A DNA stretch of 64,000 nucleotides from contig CALHFG010000018.1 of NCBI GenBank assembly GCA_938029215.1, positions 4,632-68,631 on the forward strand, read 5' to 3'. Below the pieces are notes generated by a model that saw nothing but the letters and a program-made list of their open reading frames with translations, was not told where the DNA came from and did no database searches. How positions within the stretch are numbered: position 1 is the first letter of the stretch; every line of letters begins with the position of its first letter. Both the position numbers and the translations under genes were made by a program. This DNA is from an uncultured Acidimicrobiales bacterium (GTDB lineage: Bacteria; Actinomycetota; Acidimicrobiia; Acidimicrobiales; SZUA-35). This document shows positions 1 to 8,180 of this stretch, one piece after another.

Positions 1-189
1 GAGGTACCGCTCAAGTTCGGGACGTCGATCGGGGTCGGGACTCTCGGTCCGGTACCCCACCCGACGCGTCAGATCGTCCACGAACGCACCCGATTCGAAG
101 TACCGGTCGGACGCGGCCAGTGCCGTAGTGCGCATGAGTCAACTCTAGGTTGTGGTGTCCAACCGCGTCGTAGCTACAACAGGTCGTCG

Positions 190-1533
190 TCAGAAGGGTT
201 CTTCGTGGTGAATGGTGTGTCGTCTTCGCTGAGCGAGTGCCACTTGAGTCTTTCCCTTGTGGCAGGGGGTGCAGTAGAGACGCCCGTTTTCGGGGTTGGT
301 GTAGCCACCGTCTTGCCATTCGATTCGATGGTCGACCTGTTCACCGGGCCTATCGCAGCCGGGTGATCGGCAGGTCCGGTCTCGCAGGACCACCGCCATC
401 CGAGCAGCGCCGGTAAACAGGCGTTGGCTTCGCCCTAGCTCTACCTTTCGGGTTGCAGGGTCGAGAACGAATCGGGCGATTCGATGTTTGAGAGCAAGAC
501 GAAACGCTTCTCGGGGTAAGAGAGGTGTGCCCGTGGTGGTTTGGCATTGATATCCGGGACGGAAGACGTCGGTGGGGTCCGAAGCTGGGGCCCGTTCGGT
601 GGCGATCCACTCGGTGAACTTGTCGGCCTCCCGATCGAACGTCTCGACGTCCATGCAGATTGCAACCAGCGGCTCGGGAGACCTGCCGTCTTTGGGTGAA
701 GTATTGGCAAGCGTCGCGAGCAACCCGCAACCCCGTGCCATCCAGTACTTCTTGCCGCGGCGAACCACCGGCCGCAGGGTGTACTCAGAAAGATTGAGGT
801 GATCGTCCTCGGCTTTGATTTCGCTCCCGGATGTACCACCACCATCTTCAGCAGACTGGCGGGCCTGATCTACAAGTCGGAGGAGCCCCTGGCGGAGCAA
901 TTCGGCATCGCTGGTAAGCAGCAACCCCTTGATGGTGGTTGTCCCGTTCTTGTTATCGGTGAAACCGATCGTGAGATCTTTGTCTTCGGGGGCCTTGGCG
1001 TGAGGGTCGACATCCAAAGCTGCGAGGATCCACGCATCACACGCCAGGGCGAACTCGCTATAGGGCAGGTCTCGAGCCAGATCGACCAGCATCTTGTGGT
1101 CCCGTTCGAACAGTTCGGCTCGGGTACGAGTGCGGTTCCCAGGCAGGCACTGCCGAAACTTTTTGACGTGGGATTGGTTGAGCACACCTTCGGCAATGCC
1201 CTCCGCAATTGCATCAAATCGACGAGCGAGACGTCCCGTTGCCACGAGCCGATTACCTTCACTCTTTGCCATGTTGCACTCATGCGCCGCCCAGTTGGCA
1301 GGGTTGGAGTAGGGAGAGCCGGCAAGGCCGCCGTTGTCATCGTACTCGGCAATTTCACAACCGATAACTGCGGTTAGGTGCTCTCTTGCTTTGGTTAGAG
1401 CGGCGAGTCGTTCTGCACCAAGCGGGAGGGTTTCGGCGACATTTAGGAGTGCGATGATGTCTCCGATTTCCGCCATATATAAGTATAACAAGTGTTCGTA
1501 GATGTGCTCCTTAATGGCTCCAAAAGTTGCCAC
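190..1533 (-). CDS. HNH endonuclease-domain protein of the DUF222 / 13E12-repeat family (actinobacterial, multi-copy, mobile-like)
   Basis: 447-aa ORF with a C-terminal HNH motif CRSPGCDRPGEQVDHRIEWQDGGYTNPENGRLYCTPCH. The N-terminal region has the typical DUF222 architecture. Confidence 0.7.
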   Translation of the reverse strand: MATFGAIKEHIYEHLLYLYMAEIGDIIALLNVAETLPLGAERLAALTKAREHLTAVIGCEIAEYDDNGGLAGSPYSNPANWAAHECNMAKSEGNRLVATGRLARRFDAIAEGIAEGVLNQSHVKKFRQCLPGNRTRTRAELFERDHKMLVDLARDLPYSEFALACDAWILAALDVDPHAKAPEDKDLTIGFTDNKNGTTTIKGLLLTSDAELLRQGLLRLVDQARQSAEDGGGTSGSEIKAEDDHLNLSEYTLRPVVRRGKKYWMARGCGLLATLANTSPKDGRSPEPLVAICMDVETFDREADKFTEWIATERAPASDPTDVFRPGYQCQTTTGTPLLPREAFRLALKHRIARFVLDPATRKVELGRSQRLFTGAARMAVVLRDRTCRSPGCDRPGEQVDHRIEWQDGGYTNPENGRLYCTPCHKGKTQVALAQRRRHTIHHEEPF

Positions 1534-1722
1534 GATTCTCCCACATAATCCACGCTCCCCACAGCGGGCAAGCAGGTCAGCGGTGAGCGGTCAGCGGTGA
1601 CGGGTCTCCGGGGAGCGGTCCCCATCGGCCGGACAGGCGGTCGGACCTACAGTCGCCTCAGCCAGCATCCACAACTCGAAGGACAACTACTCGTGCTAAG
1701 TCCATCATCCCGAATCGCAATC

Positions 1723-2355
1723 ATGTTGACCTGCCTTATGTTGCTTGCCGCGTGCGGAAGTGGAGACGAACCTGCAGCAGATGCCGCCACTCCCAGCACG
1801 GAAGGCTCGACTACAACCCAGACACCGACAACCCAGACACCGACAACCCAGACGCCAACGACCGAAGCCCCTACGACAACCCAGCTGCCGACGACCGAGG
1901 CTCCGACCACGACAGCTCCTACTGATACCAGCGGCGAGGGTCCCAGCGAACCGGTCACGCAATCGGTGATGATCGGCGCGATGACGACCTTGCTGTCGCC
2001 CCAGTGCACCGTTCACCCCGAGTTCGGCACTGGGTCCGGACCGGCGTCGTTTGGTTCGGGTGCTCTGGGTCCCCTCGACGACTCGGACCCGCCGGTTGCA
2101 ATTACCGACGAAACGGTGCTGTGTTCTCGGGACGTCGAGAACGACACGGGCACCAGCTACTTTGCATTCGCAACCCAATCCGCTGGCGACGCTGCTGACC
2201 TGTCGGCCTGGTTCGCAACCAGTTCGTGCCGAGCGATGGCTGTAGTCGATTCATGGGTAATTGTCGCCGCGACCACCAGGGACGAACCAGCTGACAGCTC
2301 GTTTCTTGTCCTGACCGACTTGCTCGGTGGAGAGCTTACGCGGAACTGCGGTTAG
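1723..2355 (+). CDS. Secreted lipoprotein with a Thr/Pro-rich repeat linker, function unknown
   Basis: Internal Met of ORF 1597..2355 gives MLTCLMLLAACGSG, a lipobox signal. It is followed by a TQTPTTQTPTTQTPTTEAPTTTQLPTTEAPTTTAPT linker and a Cys-containing C-terminal domain. Confidence 0.5.
   Translation: MLTCLMLLAACGSGDEPAADAATPSTEGSTTTQTPTTQTPTTQTPTTEAPTTTQLPTTEAPTTTAPTDTSGEGPSEPVTQSVMIGAMTTLLSPQCTVHPEFGTGSGPASFGSGALGPLDDSDPPVAITDETVLCSRDVENDTGTSYFAFATQSAGDAADLSAWFATSSCRAMAVVDSWVIVAATTRDEPADSSFLVLTDLLGGELTRNCG
1813..1925 (+). repeat. Coding tandem repeat (15-bp unit acaacccagacaccg x3, then degenerate TTEAPTT units)
   Basis: Direct repetition is visible in the DNA at 1813-1857, continuing in degenerate form to about 1925. 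Confidence 0.6.
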
Positions 2356-2363
2356 TAAACCAG

Positions 2364-2882
2364 CTACTTGGCGATGAGGTCGAGTACGTCCTGTTCCAGA
2401 CTGCCGTACCCGGTTACCTCGAAGGTCCCGTCGTCGTTCAAGAGCACGTAGGTGCGCTGGCGAGTGACGCCAAATCGCTCCCACAACCCGCTGGTTTCGT
2501 CGGGGACATGTTCGAGGCTTTCAACGCCGGTGCGCTCGATGAACTCAAGCATCGACTCTTGGTCGGCAAGCCCGGGAACTCCTATGAAAGTGACCTGGTC
2601 ACCGTATTGCTGCTGCACCTCCACGACCGTGGGGGCTTCAGAACGTCAAAATGGTCACCACGGAGCCCACAGCCAGAGCACCACATCTTGCCCCTCGAGC
2701 GAACCAAGATCGACCGAGTTTCCTGCGAGGGAAGTGAACTCCCCGTCGAATGCAGACGCTGGCGGAGCTGTTGCTGGGGCCTGAGCCGACTCCCCCGTAG
2801 TGGATTCGGCACCGCACGCAGCCAGGGTCAACGCCAGACCGAGCCCTAGGGCGGCTCGTCGAAAGCGGTTGGAGCGGATCAT
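2364..2882 (-). CDS. TlpA/ResA/DsbE-family thioredoxin-fold thiol:disulfide oxidoreductase lipoprotein in which both active-site Cys codons are in-frame TGA. Either a candidate UxxU (SelL-like diselenide) selenoprotein or a pseudogene.
   Basis: ORFs 2655..3197 and 2364..2624 share one reading frame. Reading through gives MIRSNRFRRAALGLGLALTLAACG (lipobox) ... LEGQDVVLWLWAPW-TGA-PF-TGA-RSEAPTVVEVQQQYGDQVTFIGVPG... The TGAs are at 2655-2657 and 2646-2648 on the minus strand, exactly at the two Cys positions of the WAxWCxxCRxE motif. There is no other frame disruption. Confidence 0.5.
2618..2635 (-). promoter_or_regulatory. Candidate bacterial SECIS-like hairpin (CCCCCAC-GGUC-GUGGAGG) starting 10 nt after the second in-frame UGA
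   Basis: A 7-bp stem with one mismatch and a GGUC apical loop, located 10 nt after UGA2 and 19 nt after UGA1 on the mRNA strand. Confidence 0.3.
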
Positions 2883-3041
2883 GCAGGAGTGAACCGGCGA
2901 TTCACCGGACCTATTCCGAAAAGTACGTACGTTCTTCGACGAACCGACTGGGTGCCGGTGTCTACTATCGCGGTGGTGGAGAGTTACGGAAAGTCCAGCA
3001 CGGGATTCAAGTCGTTGGGAACCAGCCTCGAGCCGGACCAT

Positions 3042-4025
3042 ATGGACCTCGGAACGAACCGGACACCGGTGGAGAGCTTCTTCGTCTGTAGTGGTGCGCC
3101 TGCCCCGCTTCCGAGCGATTGGAGCCTCACGCTCGACGGCGACGCCGCTGGAGAGGTGAGAACCCTGACGCTCGCCGACCTTGAGGCACTGCCGCAACAG
3201 TCGGTTGACTCATGGCTCGAATGCGCGGGGAATGGCCGAGCGATGTATGAGCTCGTTGGTGGCTACCCCCGCCCTGAGGAGGCCAACGACACCGCCTGGA
3301 CTCTGGGCAGCATGGGTATGGCGACATGGACTGGCCCGCGTCTGTCCGACGTGATCAACCTGGCCCGTCCAACCGGAGATCTCGCCTGGATAGGTCCGAC
3401 CGGAATGGATGTGGAGAACCTCGAGGGAGAGCCCGTCCGGATGAGCCTGCCGGCCACAAAGGCGCTCCATCCGGACACGCTGGTTGCGCTTGGAATGAAC
3501 GATGAGCCATTGGTGCCAGCCCATGGCGCACCGGCCCGTCTGCTGGTGCCCGGCTGGATTGGCGCCTACTCGGTGAAATGGATCGACCGCTTGGAACTCT
3601 CAACCACGTGGGTTAGCTCCTACCGATCCGACGAGTACTACGTGAGGCGAACCGCTGACGGAACCAAGCTCGGGCCAGCGACCACACATCCGCTCAAATC
3701 GACGGTGGCGTTGCCATTCGGTGCCACCATCGCCGCTGGCCAAACCGAGACCTTGGGCTATGCGCGCGGTGGCGACGGCCCCATCGTGGAGGTGGAGTTC
3801 TCGGTTGATGACGGGGATTGGATGCCGTGCACCCTGCTGCCGCTCGCAAGTCCGTGGGCGTGGACCCCGTTTCGTTTCGAGTGGACCGCCGAGCCGGGTG
3901 AGCGACAGGTACGGACACGAGCGGTCACCGCGTCGGGTGAGACGCAGCCCGACACCGTTCCCTATAACCCTCACACGATCTTGTGGAATGCGGTGACCCC
4001 GCACCGAGTTCTGGTGCGAGCGTAG
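3042..4025 (+). CDS. Sulfite oxidase-family molybdopterin oxidoreductase (Mo domain plus dimerisation domain), no signal peptide
   Basis: Contains the LECAGNGR Mo-ligand cysteine motif and FFVCSGAP at the start of the Mo domain. The ORF opens at 2889 (GTG), but ATG 3042 (MDLGTNRTPVESFF) avoids overlap with the divergent gene, so the start is uncertain. Confidence 0.7.
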   Translation: MDLGTNRTPVESFFVCSGAPAPLPSDWSLTLDGDAAGEVRTLTLADLEALPQQSVDSWLECAGNGRAMYELVGGYPRPEEANDTAWTLGSMGMATWTGPRLSDVINLARPTGDLAWIGPTGMDVENLEGEPVRMSLPATKALHPDTLVALGMNDEPLVPAHGAPARLLVPGWIGAYSVKWIDRLELSTTWVSSYRSDEYYVRRTADGTKLGPATTHPLKSTVALPFGATIAAGQTETLGYARGGDGPIVEVEFSVDDGDWMPCTLLPLASPWAWTPFRFEWTAEPGERQVRTRAVTASGETQPDTVPYNPHTILWNAVTPHRVLVRA

Positions 4026-4066
4026 AACCTTCCTGTAAGCAGCATCCTCGATCTACGCTGGCGAAC

Positions 4067-5302
4067 GTGCCCGACCTCGATCTCGATTTCGTCCGTTCCC
4101 AATTTCCTGCCTTTTCCGAAGCCAGTCTCGACGGTTGGGCCTTCTTTGAAAATGCTGGTGGGTCCTACGCCAGCCGGCAGACGATCCAGAGATTGCACGA
4201 CTTCTATGTGAAAACCAAAGTGCAGCCCTACGCGCCTTACCCGGCTGCCTCCGAGGGCGGCCATCAGATGGATCTGGCGCACGCCCGCCTCGCCGGCCTC
4301 ATGAACGTGGCCGAAGATGAGCTTCACATCGGACCATCCACCAGCCAGAACACTTATGTCCTGGCTCACGCATTCCGTGCCGGTTGGTCTGAGGGCGACG
4401 AGATCATCGTCACCAATCAAGATCACGAAGCCAACTCGGGTGTCTGGCGACGGCTGGAATCCACCGGCATCGTTGTTCGGGAATGGACCGTCGACCCCGA
4501 GACCGGCGAGCTCAACGTAGGTGACTTGGAAGACCTGCTGTCCGCCCGAACCAAGCTCGTAGCGTTTCCCCACTGTTCGAACATCGTGGCCCACATCAAT
4601 CCGGTCAGCGAAATCTGTTCGCTCGTTCACGACGCTGGCGCGGTCGCGGTGGTTGATGGCGTCTCGGCGGCCCCGCATGGACTGCCCGACGTTGAGGCAC
4701 TTGGTGCCGACATCTACCTGTTCTCCGCCTACAAGACCTACGGACCTCATCAGGGGATCATGGTTGTTCGCCGTGCCATGGGCGATGCCCTACCGAATCA
4801 GAGCCACTGGTTCAATGATGGCCAGCCCCATAAGCGACTGGTGCCGGCAGGCCCCGACCACGCCCAAGTTGCGGCTTGCAACGGAATCGCCGACTACGTG
4901 GAAGCGCTTCACGACCATCATTTCGACTCCATAGCTGATGGCGCTGAGCGAGGCCGTCGGGTCCATGATCTGATGCGGAACCATGAGATAGAGCTGCTCG
5001 GTCCACTGGTGCAAATGCTCGATGACCGAAGCGACGTTCGAGTCCTCGGCCCGACCGACCCTCATACGCGGGTGCCGACGGTTGCGTTTGCGACCGAACG
5101 AGACGCCGGCGATGTTGTCCGTTCGCTGTCGGAAAGCAAGGTGATGGCGAGCTCGGGCCACTTCTATGCCCGCCGACTGGTAGAGGCTCTCGGCCAGCCA
5201 GCCAACCCGGGTGTGGTTCGGCTGAGCTTCGTGCACTACACCTCCGCCAGCGAAGTGGCCCAGGCAATGGACGCTCTAACCGGCGCGCTACATACGTCCT
5301 AG
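4067..5302 (+). CDS. Class-V aminotransferase-fold PLP enzyme of the SufS/CsdA (cysteine desulfurase) family lacking the catalytic Cys. Possibly a cysteine sulfinate desulfinase-like enzyme.
   Basis: Contains SAYKTYGP (the PLP-binding Lys region) and a C-terminus ASSGHFYARRL that aligns to SufS RTGHHCAMPL with Cys replaced by Tyr. The N-terminus VPDLDLDFVRSQFPAF resembles SufS starts. GTG 4067 is the chosen start; the ORF opens at 3983. Confidence 0.6.
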   Translation: MPDLDLDFVRSQFPAFSEASLDGWAFFENAGGSYASRQTIQRLHDFYVKTKVQPYAPYPAASEGGHQMDLAHARLAGLMNVAEDELHIGPSTSQNTYVLAHAFRAGWSEGDEIIVTNQDHEANSGVWRRLESTGIVVREWTVDPETGELNVGDLEDLLSARTKLVAFPHCSNIVAHINPVSEICSLVHDAGAVAVVDGVSAAPHGLPDVEALGADIYLFSAYKTYGPHQGIMVVRRAMGDALPNQSHWFNDGQPHKRLVPAGPDHAQVAACNGIADYVEALHDHHFDSIADGAERGRRVHDLMRNHEIELLGPLVQMLDDRSDVRVLGPTDPHTRVPTVAFATERDAGDVVRSLSESKVMASSGHFYARRLVEALGQPANPGVVRLSFVHYTSASEVAQAMDALTGALHTS

Positions 5303-5312
5303 GCTCACCCTC

Positions 5313-6365
5313 ATGAACAACTCCAGCGTGACGGTATCGCCATGGATCGCGGCCCTTCCCAAAGTTGAACTTCACGTCCACTTGGAGGGGTCAATGTCGG
5401 TCGCGACCGTTGAAGAACTCACCCGCCGGCACGGGATCGACCCAACCCCGGTGTGGCCCGACGGCCTACCGGAGCGGTTCTCCTTCGACGGCTTCCCCGA
5501 CTTCGCCAACCAGTTCTTCTACGGCCTCTCGCTTCTGCGCACAGGGGACGACCTCGCCACGGTTGTTGAAGACCTCGCCGTCAGCCTGGCCTCGCAGAAT
5601 GTCCGATACGCCGAAGTAACCACGACCGCCTACACCCACTTTCTCGGGCGCGGCGATCGAGTCGGGATGTCGGCAACTGAATACCGCGATGCTTTGAACG
5701 CGGGGCGTCGTCGGGCCCGCGACCACGGCGTGGAGATGGGTTGGGTGATCGACATCCCCCGCGATCTCGAGATGCCCGACAGCACGGTCACCATCGACTA
5801 CCTCGAGAGTGGTCTAACACCCGATGGCCTCGTCGCTCTCGGACTAGGCGGATACGAGGTTGGCTTCCCCGCAGGTCCGTACGCCGATCACTTTGCACGA
5901 GCCCGTGCCGTTGGACTTCATTCGGTTCCTCACGCCGGAGAAACCGAAGGCGCTCATTCCGTGCGTTCGGCTGTTGAAGACCTAGGCGCCGAGCGGATCG
6001 GCCACGGAGTCCGCTGTCTTGAAGATCCCGAACTCGTCGCCACTCTGGTCGATCAGCAGATCATGATGGAGGTCTGTCCCACATCGAATGATCTCCTTCA
6101 GGTGATCGAGCGGATCGAAGACCACGCGTTACCCGCCATGATGGCGGCCGGATTGCGAGTGTGCCTGAACACCGATGACCCTGGGTGGTTCGCTACCAAC
6201 TTGAACACAGAACTGGCGATCTCCAGCGCTTCGCTCGGGGTCACCGAAAGCCAACATCTCGCAATGCAGCTCGATGCGGTGGAGGCGTCTTTTGCCGAAC
6301 CGGTCGTGAAAGCCGCGATCCGGTCAGAACTTGCCGACGTCAGGCCGACGGACTCCAGAAATTGA
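5313..6365 (+). CDS. add: Adenosine deaminase
   Basis: Carries the PKVELHVHLEGS metal-binding signature and overall ADA-like sequence. A SufS-like gene and a sulfite oxidase gene sit immediately upstream on the same strand. Confidence 0.85.
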   Translation: MNNSSVTVSPWIAALPKVELHVHLEGSMSVATVEELTRRHGIDPTPVWPDGLPERFSFDGFPDFANQFFYGLSLLRTGDDLATVVEDLAVSLASQNVRYAEVTTTAYTHFLGRGDRVGMSATEYRDALNAGRRRARDHGVEMGWVIDIPRDLEMPDSTVTIDYLESGLTPDGLVALGLGGYEVGFPAGPYADHFARARAVGLHSVPHAGETEGAHSVRSAVEDLGAERIGHGVRCLEDPELVATLVDQQIMMEVCPTSNDLLQVIERIEDHALPAMMAAGLRVCLNTDDPGWFATNLNTELAISSASLGVTESQHLAMQLDAVEASFAEPVVKAAIRSELADVRPTDSRN

Positions 6366-6506
6366 TTGCCCGATACGTACGCTCGCCCACGGTGTGGTGT
6401 GCCGATGTTGTAGCCATAGTGTCCCCTTCTGACTGCTGCCTCTTTTCATAATAGCCACTGCGGTAATATGACAAGCAGTCAATTGGGGAGAAAAGTATGA
6501 GGCCGG

Positions 6507-7292
6507 CTACGGCTCCATCGTGAAGAAGCCGTCGGCAAGCGCTTGGCAGGCGATGCCATACAGGTTCCAATCGACCTTCTCGACCACAACCTCTTGCTTC
6601 GGCGGGCTGAATGCGGAGGTCGCATGGTTCGAAAGGCCATCGTTGAGAGCAATGATTGCGAGCACAAAGTGCTCCACAGTGACCCCCGGCTTTACCTTCA
6701 TTCCAAAGATGTCCGCGAACTCTTTGATCAGCTCTACATACGATGCAACGAGCCGATCGTGGCCCTCTTCAATGGCTGCGAGAATCTCAGGATCCGGAAC
6801 CGGCGCAGTATTTGCTGCCGCCACTAGACCGGTATAGAGACGCCACATTTCCGAATTGAGGCGATCATGGTTAAAGAATGCAACCGCCCGTATGACCTCG
6901 TCGCGAGCCCACCGTTTTCGATCGAGGTCGCCCGAGTTGATGTCGTCGCTGAGGTTGGCGAGCAATTCCAATGCCATCTCGCGGGTGGGACCGGCATTGT
7001 TTGCGGTGGTGGATTTCAGCAGGTGGAGAACCGTGGCGTGCCGAAGGTTCTCCTGCGGTGTCCGATCTGGATGCTCCCATGCTTCATAGGCGCTCCCCCG
7101 TGGCACTTCGGCCAGCACGAGAACTCGATCGATGCGGATGGCGTCGACGCCAAAGGACGTTCCGTTTGCCAGCAGTTCCTGGACCGATTGGTCGATCATG
7201 CGCGAGTGGACCTCGGCAGGTGCAAACTTCCGTTTCCGTCCAGCTCGTCGCTTTGGGGGCTCGGCCGGATCAGTTGTTGAATCTTCTACCAA
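6507..7292 (-). CDS. TetR-like transcriptional regulator (divergent N-terminal HTH)
   Basis: The N-terminus ...FGVDAIRIDRVLVLAEVPRGSAYEAW fits the TetR HTH pattern (T..IA..AGVS.G.LY.HF). The rest is helical with no other recognisable motif. Confidence 0.45.
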   Translation of the reverse strand: MVEDSTTDPAEPPKRRAGRKRKFAPAEVHSRMIDQSVQELLANGTSFGVDAIRIDRVLVLAEVPRGSAYEAWEHPDRTPQENLRHATVLHLLKSTTANNAGPTREMALELLANLSDDINSGDLDRKRWARDEVIRAVAFFNHDRLNSEMWRLYTGLVAAANTAPVPDPEILAAIEEGHDRLVASYVELIKEFADIFGMKVKPGVTVEHFVLAIIALNDGLSNHATSAFSPPKQEVVVEKVDWNLYGIACQALADGFFTMEP

Positions 7293-7349
7293 GACATTTC
7301 TCCACTCTGATCATAGACTTTTTCAGCTGAACAGCAGCTGAGCAGTGTT

Positions 7350-8108
7350 CTAGAGGCCACGTAGTACGAGCGGCACCCCTGCCATAACGAGCCCACCCGC
7401 GAGCAGCACCAGCACCGTTTGCGCTGAGAGCTTGCCTGCGCTGAGCGCACCAATACGTCCGCCAATGACGGCGCCGACGATGACGAAGGGTGCAAAGGAC
7501 CACCGCGGGTTGCCTGCCAAGGCATGGCCCACGGCCGCGGCAAGTCCAGAACTCGCTCCGATCAGCGTTGTGGTCGCAGCCGCTCGATGAGCCGACAACT
7601 GTTGCAGCCTGGCAATGAGCGGCACCGTCACAAGACCCGCTCCGACACCGAGCGCTCCTGACAGCACGCCGATCAACGCACCCGACCCGGTGAGCGCCAT
7701 CACCTTTGGTTCCTTGACCGCACCGTCGGATCGTCCCGGCGACGGACCAAAAACGACGAACACCGCTAGTGCGATAAGCAGAAAGCCGATGATCAGATCG
7801 AACGCTCGTTGCGGGATCCGACTAGCCAACCACGCAGCCGACAAAAACGACACCGGGATCGCTCCAATCACAAACCATCGAGCGGTTTGGCGATCGACCA
7901 TGCCCGAACGGTCATAGGTGTAGGCCCCGACCGCTTGGACAAACAGTGTCGTAATCACGCTGGTCCCGACGGCGGTCGCGCCACCTAGGTCGAAAAACAA
8001 CACCAGGCCCGACACCATAAGGAAGCCCCCACCGGCACCAATGATCGACCCGTAGACGCCAACCAAAAGGGCGAGGACAAAGAGCCCAGCGGCGGTTTCC
8101 ACGTTCAT
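7350..8108 (-). CDS. TauE/SafE (DUF81) family sulfite/sulfoacetate exporter-type membrane protein
   Basis: Gly-rich, ~8-TM protein with the internal duplication typical of the family (GSIIGAGGGFLMVSGLV ... GALGVGAGLVTVPLI). Confidence 0.75.
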   Translation of the reverse strand: MNVETAAGLFVLALLVGVYGSIIGAGGGFLMVSGLVLFFDLGGATAVGTSVITTLFVQAVGAYTYDRSGMVDRQTARWFVIGAIPVSFLSAAWLASRIPQRAFDLIIGFLLIALAVFVVFGPSPGRSDGAVKEPKVMALTGSGALIGVLSGALGVGAGLVTVPLIARLQQLSAHRAAATTTLIGASSGLAAAVGHALAGNPRWSFAPFVIVGAVIGGRIGALSAGKLSAQTVLVLLAGGLVMAGVPLVLRGL

Positions 8109-8180
8109 CGCGGCCGAGCGTAGATGACCAGCACCAACAATTCGGCCAAGGCAGCGAACCTCGCCCAGTAAATTGAACCG

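Noticed and set aside
2889-3041. GTG 2889 as the start of the sulfite oxidase gene
   Set aside because: It would overlap the divergent lipoprotein start at 2882. ATG 3042 begins right at the Mo-domain homology. This remains uncertain and the longer form is not excluded.
2364-3197. Reading the split TlpA-like gene as an ordinary frameshifted pseudogene or assembly error
   Set aside because: The two pieces are in the same frame, so there is no frameshift. The only interruptions are two TGA codons placed exactly at the two catalytic Cys positions. The selenoprotein reading is therefore kept as the primary hypothesis, with pseudogene as the alternative.
6430-6481. Inverted repeat tgactgctg...aagcagtca between the convergent add and TetR-like genes, as a possible bidirectional terminator
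   Set aside because: The stem is only 8/9 bp, the loop is ~34 nt, and there is no flanking T/A tract. It is weak evidence and was not listed as a feature.
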